A DNA stretch of 63,683 nt, filler included, from Sluysia triapertura (GCA_046118255.1; 5 parts of 5 records of this genome joined end to end with filler, not necessarily neighbours in it); one strand, 5' to 3'. Shown: positions 33,600-48,307, counted from the first letter of the whole stretch. Translations and numbers: made by a program. Notes: generated from the letters alone by a model not told the origin.

Positions 33600-35944
33600 T
33601 CATTATGTACAATACCTGATACAATAAATTTACAGAGAAATGGAGAAACCTGTTCTCTTAAGAAAAGGGTTAGGTTTAAGGTTGCGAGTCTTTTTGTAGA
33701 GACCATTGGCTTTATAAGACCTTTTCAACTGACGCCTCCGCATTTTCCTATTTTGCGACTGAGTTTATTAAGATAACATTTAACATCATTGTAAAAATCA
33801 TAACAAATTTATATTCTTTATAAATCCAATTTGATTAAAAGAACTAAAATAAGACGTTTTTAATTTATTAAACACAAATATTGGACAACGAATTCGATGG
33901 TAAGACAATAATATGTAATAACAAGAAAGTATCTTACTATCTTAATTCAGGTTCTACGAAGATCGACTTAGCTGGATCAAGAAATGTCTTGATTGAATTG
34001 ACATGAAATTTATTTATCGTCTCTTCAGTGTGTAACCTATGACCTGCATTACCGAGGACACAATACATCATCAGTTCTTTGCAAGGAATATAGTCTGAAA
34101 TCTTATCCACTTTATATACTCATCTTTACCTGGCTCCGCACACGTATTCTGATCTGTGTCCGTCCGTCATTGCTTTACAAAAATCATCGTCAGTCTGTCT
34201 GAACATGCAATCTTATCTTTGTCAGCATGATCTTTACGTACCTTAGAGTTAAACTTATTAATATAAGTCACAAAATCTTTATTGAATATAAACTTTGCAT
34301 GCTTCAACTTTAATAACAGCATTGATACGAGTATTATAAATTGATAACAGCATTGAAATATTAAGATTTATTTTGCGCCAAAACTATAATTGCAAATTTT
34401 CGGTCGTTAACAATCTTGTCTCCTAAAGAGTATTTTACGAAAGGAATTTTTAAAAACTGTTATAAACTCTGAAATAATAATTGTGAACACTACTCATTTT
34501 AGTGGAGTATAAATATGATTAATCAAAGGCAACTTTTTACGTTGCAGTAAATTATTTAATAAAATTTATTTTTAATATTATTATACTGAACTTTCATGCT
34601 TATCTTTAATTTCATTCGAATCTGGTGTTCCGATTACATTTTTATCAACTGAACAAGTAGCTGATTTTATTAAGTTTCTGGTATCATCATTGAATACTTC
34701 ATAAGCCTATTGTGTGTCGACATTATTTTTATCGCTTGTAATACATTATCAAGAGAATCTGGTTTAACAGTGTACTTGCACTTTAGTTGTGTTTTATTAT
34801 GCTTGAGGTTGTTGATATTTAAAAAAATTTATTAAATCTTTTATGACGTATTACAATTGAGAGAGCATGAACAACAATTGAAAAATAATCAATAAACAAA
34901 ATTTTATTTCTAAGTATGCCAGATAGCCAAGTCGATGATTTAACGTCTAAAATAAAGTAAGGAATTAATTTATAAATTGAGCAAGAAAAAGAATTAATTA
35001 CATTATAATTGACCACAATGTGCAGTTCTAATTGACTATGATTTCTGCTTCAGAACGTTGCTTGAACTTGTTGTAATACATGATATCATTGCCTTTATTA
35101 ATAATTGGATGCCTTTTCATATTTTGACATAATATAGATTCATGTCTGATGGTAACATTCTTATTTCTTGAAAGCATAATATTCTCATTCGGTTTAACCA
35201 ATAAATCTTTGATTCTTTTATTTTACATGTGATATCAATTTTCGGCATCTCGTGCTGTTCGTAATTCTGTTCGCTTCATTAATTCTCGTTCTGTTTGGGG
35301 TATATACATAAAATACATTGGTTTATTCTGACATTTATTATGTAGACTATATTGCTTGCATAATTGACGAATATTTACTCTAATCGCTGTAACGATATCG
35401 AGAAGTTCTTTTAGATTTTGTTCGGTGTTCTTGTAGGGTTGGAAACGTGCATGTTCCGTTGAAATAATCACATATACGATATACTTCACGATTAATTACG
35501 CTTTCATAGCTGATCGTATCGTTAAATGTAATTTCATTTATATTATGTGGTTCTTGGCAATGGCAGTTACTAAGTAATTTTGTTATATTTCGTCTGATTT
35601 TCATAGATAAGCAACATTGACCATGGTCTAAATTTAATCCGCTCTCTGCGCTGATGTTAATGAAATATATTCAATTGTAACGAAGTCTCGTTCATTCACT
35701 AGTCTTGTAAATTTACGTGTTTGGTGATGGTAATTTGTTCGACTTCTGTAATTTAGCACAAGCTGCTTCCACTTCCGACGTTGTTTTGCGAGGATCGCGA
35801 ACAAATTGGGCAAAATAATTCATCTTTTTCTTTAACATTACTGACATAGATAAACTCCTTTGGTGTTTTTATTTTTACAAAGCTGTAATTTAATAATAAA
35901 TTTTTCAGACAAAATTTTACTTTTGAAAATTTTTGTTGTATCAC
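33600..35944 (-). pseudogene. Long (~2.3 kb) decayed intronless coding region, family not recognised
   Basis: Chain of same-strand ORF fragments (35753-35944, 35380-35604, 35235-35489, 34819-35016 and readable pieces to ~33900) with raised GC, starting directly below the CCAAT module. Confidence 0.4.
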
Positions 35945-35949
35945 ACGAA

Positions 35950-36130
35950 ACTGATTGGACGTCCAACCAGAAAACGTATCAAGTTAATAATTAAAATATC
36001 ACTAATTGGACGAACAATACTAATGATTAAAAGTTAGTTATTTGAGAAAGGAACCACCATCAATGTTGATGTAAATTTATATACAGTAATCAGTAGTGTC
36101 AACATTGATGGTAGGAGTTACTGATTTTCG
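35950..36130. promoter_or_regulatory. CCAAT-palindrome module (reverse copy of 20698-20895) plus a perfect 14-bp hairpin
   Basis: ATTGG-ACGT-CCAAC (35954) and ATTGG-ACGA-ACAAT (36005) are 51 bp apart. CCAACCAGA(G)AAACGTAT is shared with 20860-20880 (reverse complement). Inverted repeat ACCATCAATGTTGA (36056-36069) and TCAACATTGATGGT (36099-36112). Confidence 0.55.
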
Positions 36131-36199
36131 ACATAATGTGTTAAAGATTTATAAAAATAATGAAATGGTTATATTATTATTATGATGAATGTTAGAATA

Positions 36200-36619
36200 A
36201 AATTATATAAATAAAATAAAATACATAAATGTTAGAGGTAAGGAAGTAACGTGATGTTTTATGATTAACTTACAAGTTTTGGTGCTACATCATCCTCATG
36301 TTAAGATAGTATTAAAAGCTGAAATGTTATTGAAATGTAGTTGATTGAGGCCTAAATACCTTGGAATATTATTATTCCTGTGTTGTTTTGAGATGAGAAG
36401 TACAACACTTTAGATACTTTTTAATGTAGTTTAATTATTTAGAATGTTATTGTGGTTTATATGTTATGGGACTGTGGATATAAATTGACTTTAGTAGATG
36501 AATTGTTTTAGTGAATGCAGAGGAGATAAATATGATAATGTTAAAATGATTTTATGTAGAATCTGTTGGTTTGATGATTTTGTAATATTATAAAAATTTG
36601 AAGGGTGGACACCACCACA
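36200..36619 (-). mobile_element. LTR-like repeat family A copy
   Basis: Terminus TGTGGTGGTGTCCACC on the minus strand; interior homologous to 20050-20270. Confidence 0.6.
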
Positions 36620-38049
36620 TGCACTATAATTTTTCAACCACGTTATGATCTAAGTCTGAACACGAATAGAACCCTGTAACAAACATATGGTGTGGAAAAT
36701 TATTTTAAACATGCACTACTAACATTTTCATTAGCATTACCTGTAGTTGCTATTTGAGCTGCTATGTATTCATAAGCTTTATTTTCAGCATCATCAATTT
36801 CTAAAGTTATTATTTTTGATGACGTCATTTAATGTTATCTTAATCAAATTTGAAGATCCGAACAACTTTATAAGAATCTATTTCATTGTGCATTTCATAG
36901 TAATATATTCGAACAAGTATATTTAGTCAGAAAGATTTTGATTTTCCATGTAACTTCAAATTTTTGTCAAAACATTTCTTTACCGATAATAATCCATGCG
37001 GAGTTATGAACATATTTTCTTTTAAAATCACAAATACTCTTATTGATACAATTCAATAATGCATGTTCTTGTGATGGGTTTCAACAAACTCTTTGTTTTT
37101 TATCAGAACTTCCACTTACCTCAGAATTTGATTTCTGCCTATTATAACGAAAATTTGTCTTAAGTATAAGTATGAAAGTTTCGAAATACTCAGATTTAAG
37201 ATAGATGCTATCAAGATTGCACAAATTCATATCGTCATAAACTAAGTGCGATAGTGTGGATAGTATAACAATTAGTGATAATAAATTTTATGCTGTTATA
37301 TTATTTAGTCATGTAAGTTAACTTAATAGAAATAACATTTACTCCTATCACATTAACACTACTAAACTTATGCTTTATGTAATTACAAAGTGATATGAAT
37401 TACCTTACCTTATCCTTATAGTTAATAAGATGAAATTTATTACGTGATTGAAATCTTTATCGGTTTATCCGCTATCGAAAAGCGCCATGAGTTATATTGA
37501 ATTATGGGGAAAACTATCTTTTATTTTATAGTTTTATAAAAATAAAAGTATTTTATATAAAAAAAGTCAAATTATAAGGTATAAAAACAATAGAAATGTA
37601 CTTAACATTAAATTTATTGTACATATTAAGTTTTCTAATGTTTTCTGGAATGATTGCTACTTCATGAATCGTGATCCTGGCAGGATTTCTGTATGATCAT
37701 AGATCAACTCGTTATAATCCGCTTCACAGTAATTCCACTCTTCCTTGTACATATAAGAATCAGGAACAAAAACAAATGTAGAATAAGGAATCACTGCTTT
37801 ACTCATTCGTTCTGGGTTGATTTTACTAATGTACTACTAAAAGTACTTAGCAAATCTACCTTAAAAAACTTAGAAAAACTAATGAATTTAAGACAAAAGT
37901 TTGATTTTTCGAAAAATAACTGTCCAAAGGTAAACTGATTAACAATATATTTAAAAGTGTAGTTTTATTTCGAAAGTGTTGTCATATATATATATATATA
38001 TTAATTTAAGGTTGACCTTAGACTGTTTTTTAAAATAAATTATTAAATT

Positions 38050-38379
38050 CCGTTTTAAAAAATTAATTTTATAATTTCTGTTAATAATTTTGATAAAAAA
38101 ATTAATTACTCACACAAAATTAAATTATAGTATTCCAATTATAAATCCAAAACGATTAAATAATCAACAAATAAATACTGCATGCTGCAAAAAAATCAAT
38201 AAATACATTAACAGTCAATCATAAAAATAGTATCACTACACACATACACCAGCAGCTGGAATGCTACAATGTTGTAGAACATTCTAGAAACTGCTTTTGC
38301 TATTTGTAGGCGATAGTTTTCTTTTTTCGAAAATTAAGATTTTTAAATGATTTCAATGGGTAGCGATGACGACCTAACA
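38050..38379 (-). mobile_element. LTR-like repeat family B copy with a partly decayed HSE array (38267-38289)
   Basis: CAAtgTTGtaGAAcaTTCtaGAA followed ~90 bp later by ACCTAACA, the same order as in 463-634. The distal boundary is approximate. Confidence 0.55.
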
Positions 38380-38977
38380 ATCCTGCATTATAAATAATGA
38401 AAGAATTTTTAAATATTGTTATTATTATCATTATTATGATTATTGCCGTTCTTATAGTTATTGTTATTCAGAGTCAAACCAGCATTATTTGATTTCTTAA
38501 TTACGTGGCTAGTGGCAGCGTACCTGGGATCAGTGTTCCTTTTTATTTCTGTAAGTTTCTTTTGGTACCACATAATTTCCTTCATTAATAATCATAATAA
38601 TTTTTATGTTGATATTTTAATTTAGAAATTTACATATTTATCACGATTAATTCTTCAAATTTCTATTGGTCCATTTTCCTCCAATCATGGTTTGCCTAAT
38701 GGTATCGAAAAATCAAAAAAAGTTTTATAATTCATGAATTCATATAAATGTATATTATTAAATATAAATGTTATCAATTATATATACTTTTATTTTTATT
38801 TTTATTATTATTATTATTGGAGTTTTTGGAGTTTTTCTGTTAATTTATATTTGACATAACTTGATTTAAGAACAAATTATTGACCAATTAGAATGCAATT
38901 AAAAATTGATTTGATACCAAATCATCAGTTATTTTTTATTTAGCATTAGTTAAAGAAAATTATTTTCACTGTTTGTC

Positions 38978-39020
<43 letters not shown>

Positions 39021-39477
39021 TAATTATTTTCATTGCACTGTACATTGTGTATAAATGCTACTATGACAACATCTTAGTTTATGATATTGAAAATTTAAAA
39101 TTATTATCCTTATTAATAATATATCGATAAAAACAAAAGCTAGTGTGAGTAGTTGTTGGTTGTTTTACTATTTTTACCAACCAATCAATATATAAAATGA
39201 TTATCTCAGTGGCAGTTATTTATTGACTATCCATTAGACACTTATATGTATAGTAAAGATATAATAACACTGAATTCGCTCTGCTCGATAATGCAATTGA
39301 ATTGTTATTGGCACATTCGTATTATTGCGTATGTATAGCATATAAATAGCATGCTTCATTTCGAATTTAAATTTATTTAGTTATTAAATTAACGTCATTA
39401 TTGAATTACGTATTATTATGATGAATTAAATTTTAAAAAATATGAGACATGTTATTATTGCAGTCAAAACCTTGGTG

Positions 39478-39810
39478 TGTGTTTTATCATAAAAAGTTGC
39501 CTAACAAATTTTATTCTAAACTGTGAAGAGTTTACCTATAGTGCAAGACTGACTCAGTTAAGAGCATGCCTATAGGATTTTGATTTTAAGGTCATTAATT
39601 TATTTCTATGCTACTTAATCTTACCAATTGTCGTTGTAATCTTAAATAGATTTTGAGATTGTAGGAAAATATTTTATAGGCTTCTCTAAAATAGCATTTT
39701 TTGTCTGCAACATTTTATATACTTTATAGTTGTCAAAGTTACTGACAAATAATCACCACAAAATATTTATTATAATAATGTTAAAATAAAATCGAGAGAA
39801 CAATAAAGCA
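39478..39810 (-). repeat. Dispersed repeat family F copy
   Basis: The reverse complement aligns with 15960-16315. Confidence 0.75.
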
Positions 39811-40585
39811 AAATAAATTAAACAGAGAATAGATTAATATGTAAGAGAATTTAAAATACATGTAAGAAAAAGTGGTATAAAATAGCTGAAATATGGTAAT
39901 ATATCAATTAAATATTCCTAGAGCAAGAATAATGAGTAATAAAATGTTTATAATCATTTTGAAACCGAATAACATCTTGGAGTATCAAAGAACTTTGTAG
40001 GGTATTGAGCCCGTTATAGAGAATTATGGCCTTCGAGTAACCTTGTGAAATGTTTGGGATCTTTAAAATGTTCAAGATTTAAAATCATGTTAATATTAAA
40101 GACTAATTTGATGCATTACTAATTAAAATAAGAAGTAAAAAAGGAATCAGAGTGGTGAAGGTGAAAATATCTATAGCTTCCTGAGTAACTTATAAAGTAT
40201 TTATCAACTTTATAACCATAATTAAAATTTTAATTAAGAAAAATTACGTTTGTATGAATAACTTTTGAATGAGGAATGCGATGTTAAAATTACAACTTTG
40301 CATATGTGTGTTTTATAGGGATCTTCTGATGAAGGTAAGCTTTGATCGAGTTCATGCGAGGAAGACATATTGAGAAAAATCGAAATTTAATTAAAAATGC
40401 TGAAATTTTCATATTTAGAATGATGAAGCGATGATGAATTGGATATGGAGTGATTGCCATGAAATAGCAGAATCCGAAATTGAGATTGAAATACCTGTGA
40501 AGTGGAAAATTGAGTATGAAGAATTGAAAATTAAAATTAAAACCTAAAATTAAATTCATTATTTTTAAGTATATCAAAAATAATA

Positions 40586-40653
<68 letters not shown>

Positions 40654-40753
40654 NNNNNNNNNNNNNNNNNNNNNNNNNNNNNNNNNNNNNNNNNNNNTTA
40701 ATTAATTAANNNNNNNNNNNNNNNNNNNNNNNNNNNNNNNNNNNNNNNNNNNN
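40654..40753. other. Artificial contig spacer, flanked by (AAT)n/(ATT)n
   Basis: 44 N + TTAATTAATTAA + 44 N. Confidence 0.97.
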
Positions 40754-40761
40754 AATTAATA

Positions 40762-40831
<70 letters not shown>

Positions 40832-42159
40832 TACATATATTGAAAAAGAAATATTTTCTTCGTTTCAATGATGGATTTCAAAAATATTTATTGAATGTAT
40901 TATAACAAGAAAGTTGTAATAATATTGATAAGATTAATGTGTTATTTCACCTTACTTTACTTTATCAAGGTGCAGTTTTTCTTCAGTGAAATTATTTGTC
41001 TTCATATTACTCATAATTATTATGTTAAAATTTTTTCAAAATATAAAATGTCATTTTAAATTTTAGTACATTTAATTTTTAGTTAATAGTAAAATCTGCC
41101 AAATAAATGAATTTCACTTTCGTTCCTCAAGAAATCATAAATGTGACACATTGTTTATTTCAAATATGGTTAAACTTTGAATAGTAGCATTTATAAAACT
41201 GTGCTAAGCTTTGTAACATAATGTATTATGCCTTTAGACCGGAGCCATTAGTGCTTGTAACACTATTTAGCAGAATATTTACTCATTAAAATATTTCTCA
41301 AATAATGAATGACTATGAGTACATTTATTTAAATTCAAAATGATTGTTTAAGTTCATTGTCGTATTAGCTTTAAAACGTACTGCGTAGGCTACGAGATAT
41401 CGTTTAAGGTATGTTTATTTAGGATTGTAAATTAGATCAGAATTTTAGGTATTATACAATTTATTTTTTTAATGACCTTTTCTATTTGTACGGAAATTTT
41501 TAATAAATTACACGATTTTAAGTTGAAGCAGTTACCAAAAACCTCTGAAACTACTTTTAATTAGTAAAACTAAAAAACATTTGTTATCATTTGATAATAA
41601 ATCTTACAATGAACATATTTACATATTTTATTCTAAATGTCAATTATTTTAATTTAGTCTTAAAAGCATTCTTGTCATAAACAAAAAGTTTTGAATATTT
41701 TGAAAATACTAAATTAAAACAGTTAAAATTGAGTTTACGTAAACGTTTTTAATTCGTGTAAAACCATAAATTAACTTGTATATCATATTGAATAATGCTT
41801 AAAAAGTCTCGCGACTAATTTTTAACGAGTTTGTTTTTGGTGGTATTGGATCGATTGTTAACAACTTTAAACAAAAGGTTATGAATAGGTTTAGATGAAA
41901 TTTTCTGGTAAGATTAGGAAATGAAACAATGATGAAATGATTGGATTTTGAAAATTTGAGCTGCTCCTGTATTTGATTTTTTTAATTTTATAAGTTTTGA
42001 TATTCTAGGTTTATGTATCTTTTGTTAATTTCATATTCATGCATTATAATATTATATTACTATTTTTGTTGTCTATTCTTGTTTACGTTTATTCAATTTT
42101 TTGTTTATTCAACTTTCATTTAATGTTAAGATATTATTTATTAATTATTTTGTAATTAG

Positions 42160-45100
42160 TTTTAAAAACACTGGAAATCTTAGTTCCTGGATTCTCACAA
42201 TACTTATCTCACGATACTCCCGGTAATCCGGATTCGTCAGTTAATGCATCCAAAGAGCAGATAGGAAGTTCTGGCAACAAAATCGTTTCCGCTCAAAATA
42301 ATAGTGTGGCAAATATTTCAGTAGTGGGTTCATCTTCGAACACAAATGACGAAGAGCTATTCAATATCTTCGATTCTATGGAAGTTACTGATCCACGTGT
42401 ATTTAGTTATTGTACGAAACTTAATACTATGACTCCGAAGGATATATTTATGGAATGCATGAATCGTCATTGTATACCGGATCACAAGGTTGAATATAAG
42501 ATCGAAAAAAGAGACAAATATAACGTGTTTAAATTTATAGTTGGTGACAAAGAAGTAGAAGTATGTTTTATTAGTTAAAGTCTGAATTGAGTGTCCTAAA
42601 ATTTCTGTGTTTAAACGAGGAATCCACGTCCACATCTCTTAGTTTCAAATTACCGAAAGACGAGCGTGTATTATCAAAATTAATTTCTTGAAAACCAATA
42701 TTATCTTCATATTCATTACTATGACAATATATAACTACAAAATTCTAAATTCAGTTTTCAAATACAAATAGGACTCTCGCCTCTGATGTAACTATATATT
42801 TTCTTTTGACTTTAATATCTAATTATTTTCAATAAATTATTAATAGTTCAAGCTAATAAAAGTGTTTTCCGTTTTAATTTTAATTTTATTTTTAATAAAA
42901 AATTTAATTTTTATTCAAATGATTGTTTTTAAATGTACATTTGTTTTAATCTATAAACACATCAAATATTGCTCATTTAATTTATTTTAGATACATATAT
43001 TTAAAATTCTAATCTCGGGTGTTACTTTCTACTAAGACAATCATAACTCTAATACGATTAATAAGTATCAAAAGTATAAATATAAAGGCGAAATTTTATA
43101 TGATTAAATAGTTATCGATTTTTATAACTTCTCAGTGTTTCAGCCATTCTATTCTTAGATATATTTTACCACATCTAACGTCTAGGTACTTTTTCTGATG
43201 TTAGAACCCCCATTTTAAACATTTACTTAACGATTTTAACTAATATTTTCAAAAGTTTTAGAATAAAAAATTATTAAGTTATAAAGAAAATAACATAATC
43301 TGTACTATATTTATTTTACAACCTAAAACTATCAGAAAACACTTTAACAAATAATATATCTTAAATCCCAAAAATCACTTAGCACCTTTAAACAGAAATT
43401 AATATAAAAAAGAAATTAATATGAACACATGAATGGAGATGGCAAGAATCTGTTACATTCAATTATCATTCAAAAATATCTACGGATTAAACGTAAATCC
43501 GCTGAAAATAATACTAAGAATGAAGATAGGTGAATAAAATACACATGTTATAATTATTATATTGCAGAAAAAAATGCTTAGCCAAAACAATAACATTTAT
43601 TTTGTACAGAAAGAACGGCGTTTACAAGGCATAGTATAAAATTATTGTACAATTAAATTGGTTAGGTTGTGAAATATTAAACTGAAGGAAGTTAATTATA
43701 GGGAAGATGTACAATGAAAATTGGATAATTATTTTACATCATTTATTAACGAGAGAAAGACAGTATACAGAGATAAAAATTTTGCAGGAATGACATAATT
43801 ATTTGGAAAATTTAATTATTAGATTTAGTTTGTACACTTAATTACCGTAGATAAAGTAAATGCTGTTGGATCTGTGAATTACTAATAAGTTAGTATTATC
43901 AAAAGTTCAAATAAAATTTTCGTGAATTAATAATTTAAATGCTTATTAAGACAGCATTTTATAAAATATGTCAAGTTTTAAGTAAATATAATTGATAGAC
44001 TAGAGAAAAGAGTTAAAAGCTGAACTCGTATTTCTAAATTACATTTCCATCTCTATCTAACAAGAAATGATTATAATTTTATAGATTATTCTTAAGGTAT
44101 CAAATCAGAACAATGCTATAAACCAAAATAAAGTAAAATAATCATGAAAATTGTAATAAAATCTTAAAATTAAAGTTATTTTTTTTACAACACTTATATA
44201 AAATTCAAGATTTTCTAAGGATTTTAATGTATTTCTGCTTTAAATATTTTATCTTTTTAATCAATACTAAATTTAAATTTCGATAGATACTTTCTTTTCA
44301 AGAGATTCTGATGTTAACGTTGACATTATATTTTCACGAAATTTTGATAAATTATTGAATGCTTATTCGAGTAATTAATCGTGTATTTTCTTTATATATT
44401 AATTTTTGGTGATACACTTATTGATAATTGATAGATAATACTTATTATGTTTTCTTGGAAATAAAATCTCTGTTGTGTAATTAATATTATTTTTATTAAA
44501 TTGATGCTAAATGTATTCAACAATTTGTAATGTAATTTTACTGTTATTTATTATTTTATCTATTCTAAATATTCAGGTATATCACACTTAATCGTATAAC
44601 TTTATTAGGTTGCTCAAAATTATTTATTCTCGACTTATTAAGTACGTAATATTTTATCTTATTAAGATTACTAAAATATCAAAATATTTTGAAATACGAT
44701 GGATAATTTAGTTATTCTATAAAACATTATGATCTCAATAGTTAAATTTGAATATTGAACATTATATTTGAACTTTAATATTGAGCAGTATATTTTAATT
44801 TTTATTATTATTAATTTTTTAAGATATAGTTTGCATTTTTTGATTGCTTAGTTTTGTGCTACTTACAGGTACATATTTTATATGCTGTTTACTTTTGTAG
44901 GCTTTGGTTGAAAGTATTTCTTTATTGATTTTACATATATTATATGTTTTAACATAGTAAAATGTGATTTTCTTAAACTGTTTACTAAATATTTATTTTT
45001 AAAATACTGCATCTCGTACTCAAAAGTACTAAAGTAATTTTAAAATTAGACTTTATTTAGGTAAAGTGTGCCAATAAACGTGAAGGACAGCAACTGGCAG

Positions 45101-45736
45101 CTCAAAAAATGTTGGCTGAAATGCATCCACATATTCAGTCATGGGGTGGTGTAATGCGTTTATATGGACCAGGAAGTAAACCTGTAAAAAGATTTGATAT
45201 GCAAGAAATGCAAAGCCTACTTTTGGAAGATCGTGGTGGTGTTAAAAATAATTTAATTCGTCTTTTACGCAAGAAAATGCTGGAATTGCATGATGAATGG
45301 GTATGTATTAAACTTTAAAATGTATTAAAACAAATGTATTAAGATTAAAGATTTTCAGCGATTATTTATGTGGTCCGCTTTTACTTTGCCTTGTGCACTA
45401 TCTCTTCATTTGTGACACAATTTTTTTATCACATTTCAAAAAATCATAAGTATTTCAAATTCGCAACATGTTAGAAATAAAAAATAAATATGTGCATAAT
45501 ATTAAATTTGGTTAAATAGATATGATTTAATTCTTTTTGAGTACGATCTGAAATAAATTTATCTTAAACTGTTAATAATATTTAATAAACTATTTCATTA
45601 AATTTGAATTAATTTTCTTCACATATTTCAGAATAATTCAACGGACCAATCGAAAGCCAAATTTAAAGTTCCTTTTGAAAACATTCCTGTTATTGTTTTT
45701 CATCCAGATTCAACTACAAATGATTCTACTAATTGA
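42160..45736 (+). CDS. DGCR8: Microprocessor subunit Pasha/DGCR8, last three exons
   Basis: Exon 42160-42560 (LKTLEILVPGF...EELFNIFDSMEVTDPRVFSYCTKLNTMTPKDIFMECMNRH...), exon 45061-45300 (VKCANKREGQQLAAQKMLAEMHPHIQSWGGVMRLYG...NNLIRLLRKKMLEL) and exon 45632-45736 (ends TGA). Splice sites are GT-AG and in frame. Matches DGCR8 motifs as recalled: [47 protein letters not shown], and the Drosha-binding tail helix. Confidence 0.92.
43420..44100 (+). mobile_element. Heavily decayed RT remnant (RTE-like LINE) in a Pasha intron
   Basis: YGLNVNPLK (~43480) and LNWLGCEI (~43652) occur in the order of the GL.IN..K and KYLG motifs. Many stops. Confidence 0.35.
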
Positions 45737-45999
45737 TTATATTATTAATTACTAATATTCTAATCATTTTAAATAGAAGTGTTTACTCTGAAATGCATTT
45801 TAAAGTTGTTATCTTCATATCAGATTGTTTCTTATACTTTCAATTTCTTTTATGTTTACCATAGAGAATCAATTAAAATGTGATGCTTTTTATTTATTTT
45901 ATTAATGAAAACGCAATTCGATTTTAGTTTTATTATAAATGTCATGATCAACTTCTAGGTTTTTATTCGTCTAAAATTAAAATATTATAGAATAATATT

Positions 46000-47100
46000 A
46001 ATCAATGGGATATATAACTGACAGTGAGAGATCAAGAGTTATATTAATAACATATAGTATTCTAATACCAATGTTAATCATAGTTATTTTTAAAAGCAAC
46101 ATGGAAATGATGTGGTTTGTAGCTGGTAATGCTGCTCAAACGATATCGACAATTTTATCACTTTTCATAATTATTTTGATCCAGCTTACGTTTCTATTTG
46201 ATACTATAGTTCCTGTTCTCCAGTTAATAACTATAATTCTGTTTTCTTTTCTAGTCTAACAATTGTTTGTAGTGAATCTCTAATTTCTTAGCTTCATTTG
46301 TTTCCTTTGAAAGTTATATTCCATTGCGATTATCTAGTTCTATAATTATCTTAAGACGCGCTTTTATTTATATCACTGTGATTATTTTATTGGTTCTGGC
46401 AAGTATTTACGTTTATCTATTATATCTTTTGCTGTTATATCATATTCAAGATTGAATTTGGAATATTTATTGATTCTTTTAATTCTACTAAAATTTTACA
46501 GCTTCAATGATTATTTTATTAGAATGACTTGTTAGAATGTAGTTATTACTTTGGATGGTGATCTGATTAATATTTGTTTCTTTGCTAATAAAATTTTAGA
46601 TTATACTGATTGCTTTATGAAAATTTTAATTCTGACGTATTGCGACTGGCATGTAAATCAAATTCAGATATTACCAATGCGAAATTTCTCTTTATTTTTG
46701 AAGTCTGAATTAGGGTCTACAAGTCTCTATATAAACTAACACGATCTAAAACGTATAAAATATTTTTATCCCGTAAATCTTGACATTTGTAGTGCAAGAA
46801 TTTGTGATTTTATAAACATGACTTATAATATAGTTCTGGTAGAACTCTTATAGATTTAATATGTTGTGATTTCTTTTTCTATACGTCTAAAGTTGTTTGT
46901 ATGCTTGATTTAGAACATTATGGTATTTGGTTGATATAATTTTTTCTGATTGTATTTTTATGTTTTTGCCGAGGAATTATTCAGCTATTATGCTGTCATT
47001 TGCCTTATTTCATTTACACAATTGTACCATTTCCTTTTAGGGTGTAATTATAAGACGAATTATTTCGTTAAAACGTTATTTGACAAAGTTGTTTTATAAC
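46000..47100 (-). mobile_element. Possible decayed LINE ORF1/endonuclease region
   Basis: Strongly A-biased minus strand with a knuckle-like KWYNCVNENKAND (~47000-47030) and KFRIGN (~46670), which resembles the start of an APE domain. Very degenerate. Confidence 0.25.
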
Positions 47101-48244
47101 GCAAGAATATTGTCAAAATTTACTTTCTTTTTACTTTTATTCTATAATAATATATCTTACGTGAGTCCTCTCTGATACTGGGTTTACGCACTCAGGGGCC
47201 AGCGCATAGATGTCAGCATCGAAAGAGATATGGAAAGATTGGAGATACTGTATTATATTTTTTGATTGCCTAACTTTATCTCTAATGATTTACTATATTT
47301 CTTAACGAAAGAAAAATTATAATTTATACAATGTTATCAAACGAATTTAAAAACAGAACTCGGTTATACAATTATTTATTAGTAAAACTTACAATGTAAT
47401 ATTCAAGGTAAATGGTAATATTTAAAAATTATTAAAGTTGTAATTCAACACAAAAATTTTTTCGGCAACTTTCAATTATACCAAAATATTCAAAGAAAAT
47501 CAATAATAACATATGACATACCAGCATTTAATAGAAAAAATCAATGTTAATGTAATGTTCCAATTTATGTCAAAATATTTAAAATAAAAATCAATATAAT
47601 GTGCCAATATCCTATTTACAATATTAATCTCATAATTAATATTATATATTATATTTTGTTAGTAAATATTATGTAGTAATAAAATTTACGAAGAATTTTT
47701 TGATTTTATTTTTTGTAGAATTTATCTTCTTATATAATGAAAAAACTCTTAATTATAAATATACTAACGATTATTATACAAAAACAGTGATTTAGTAATC
47801 CTTGACCCCATGATTGTTTCAATTAATTATTATACCCAAAAACAACTGCTTCAAATTAAGTCAAATTATTTAATAACGTTCTTCAAAATTATAACTTGAA
47901 ATTTATTTCAAACAATGTTCTTCAGGCAATTCTTCATAAAATTGCAACTTCTACAAAAATTTTTAAATTATAAAAATTGATTAACTTGTTTATGAATTTC
48001 AGCTAGTAATAGAAATGATTGATTTAAATAAACAAATAAACAATTTTAATAGTGTTTATATCAATTAAAACAATAATAATAAAATAATTTCACAATAATA
48101 ATTTCAATTTTATTTCAAATTTGATCAAATTTGATTTAATTTAATAATTTTCATGAAATTTTAAATTATTAAAAATTTTGCTTTCAAACTTATTAAAACA
48201 ATAATAATTTCAATTTTTTCAATTTCAATTTAATTTAATTAATA

Positions 48245-48307
<63 letters not shown>

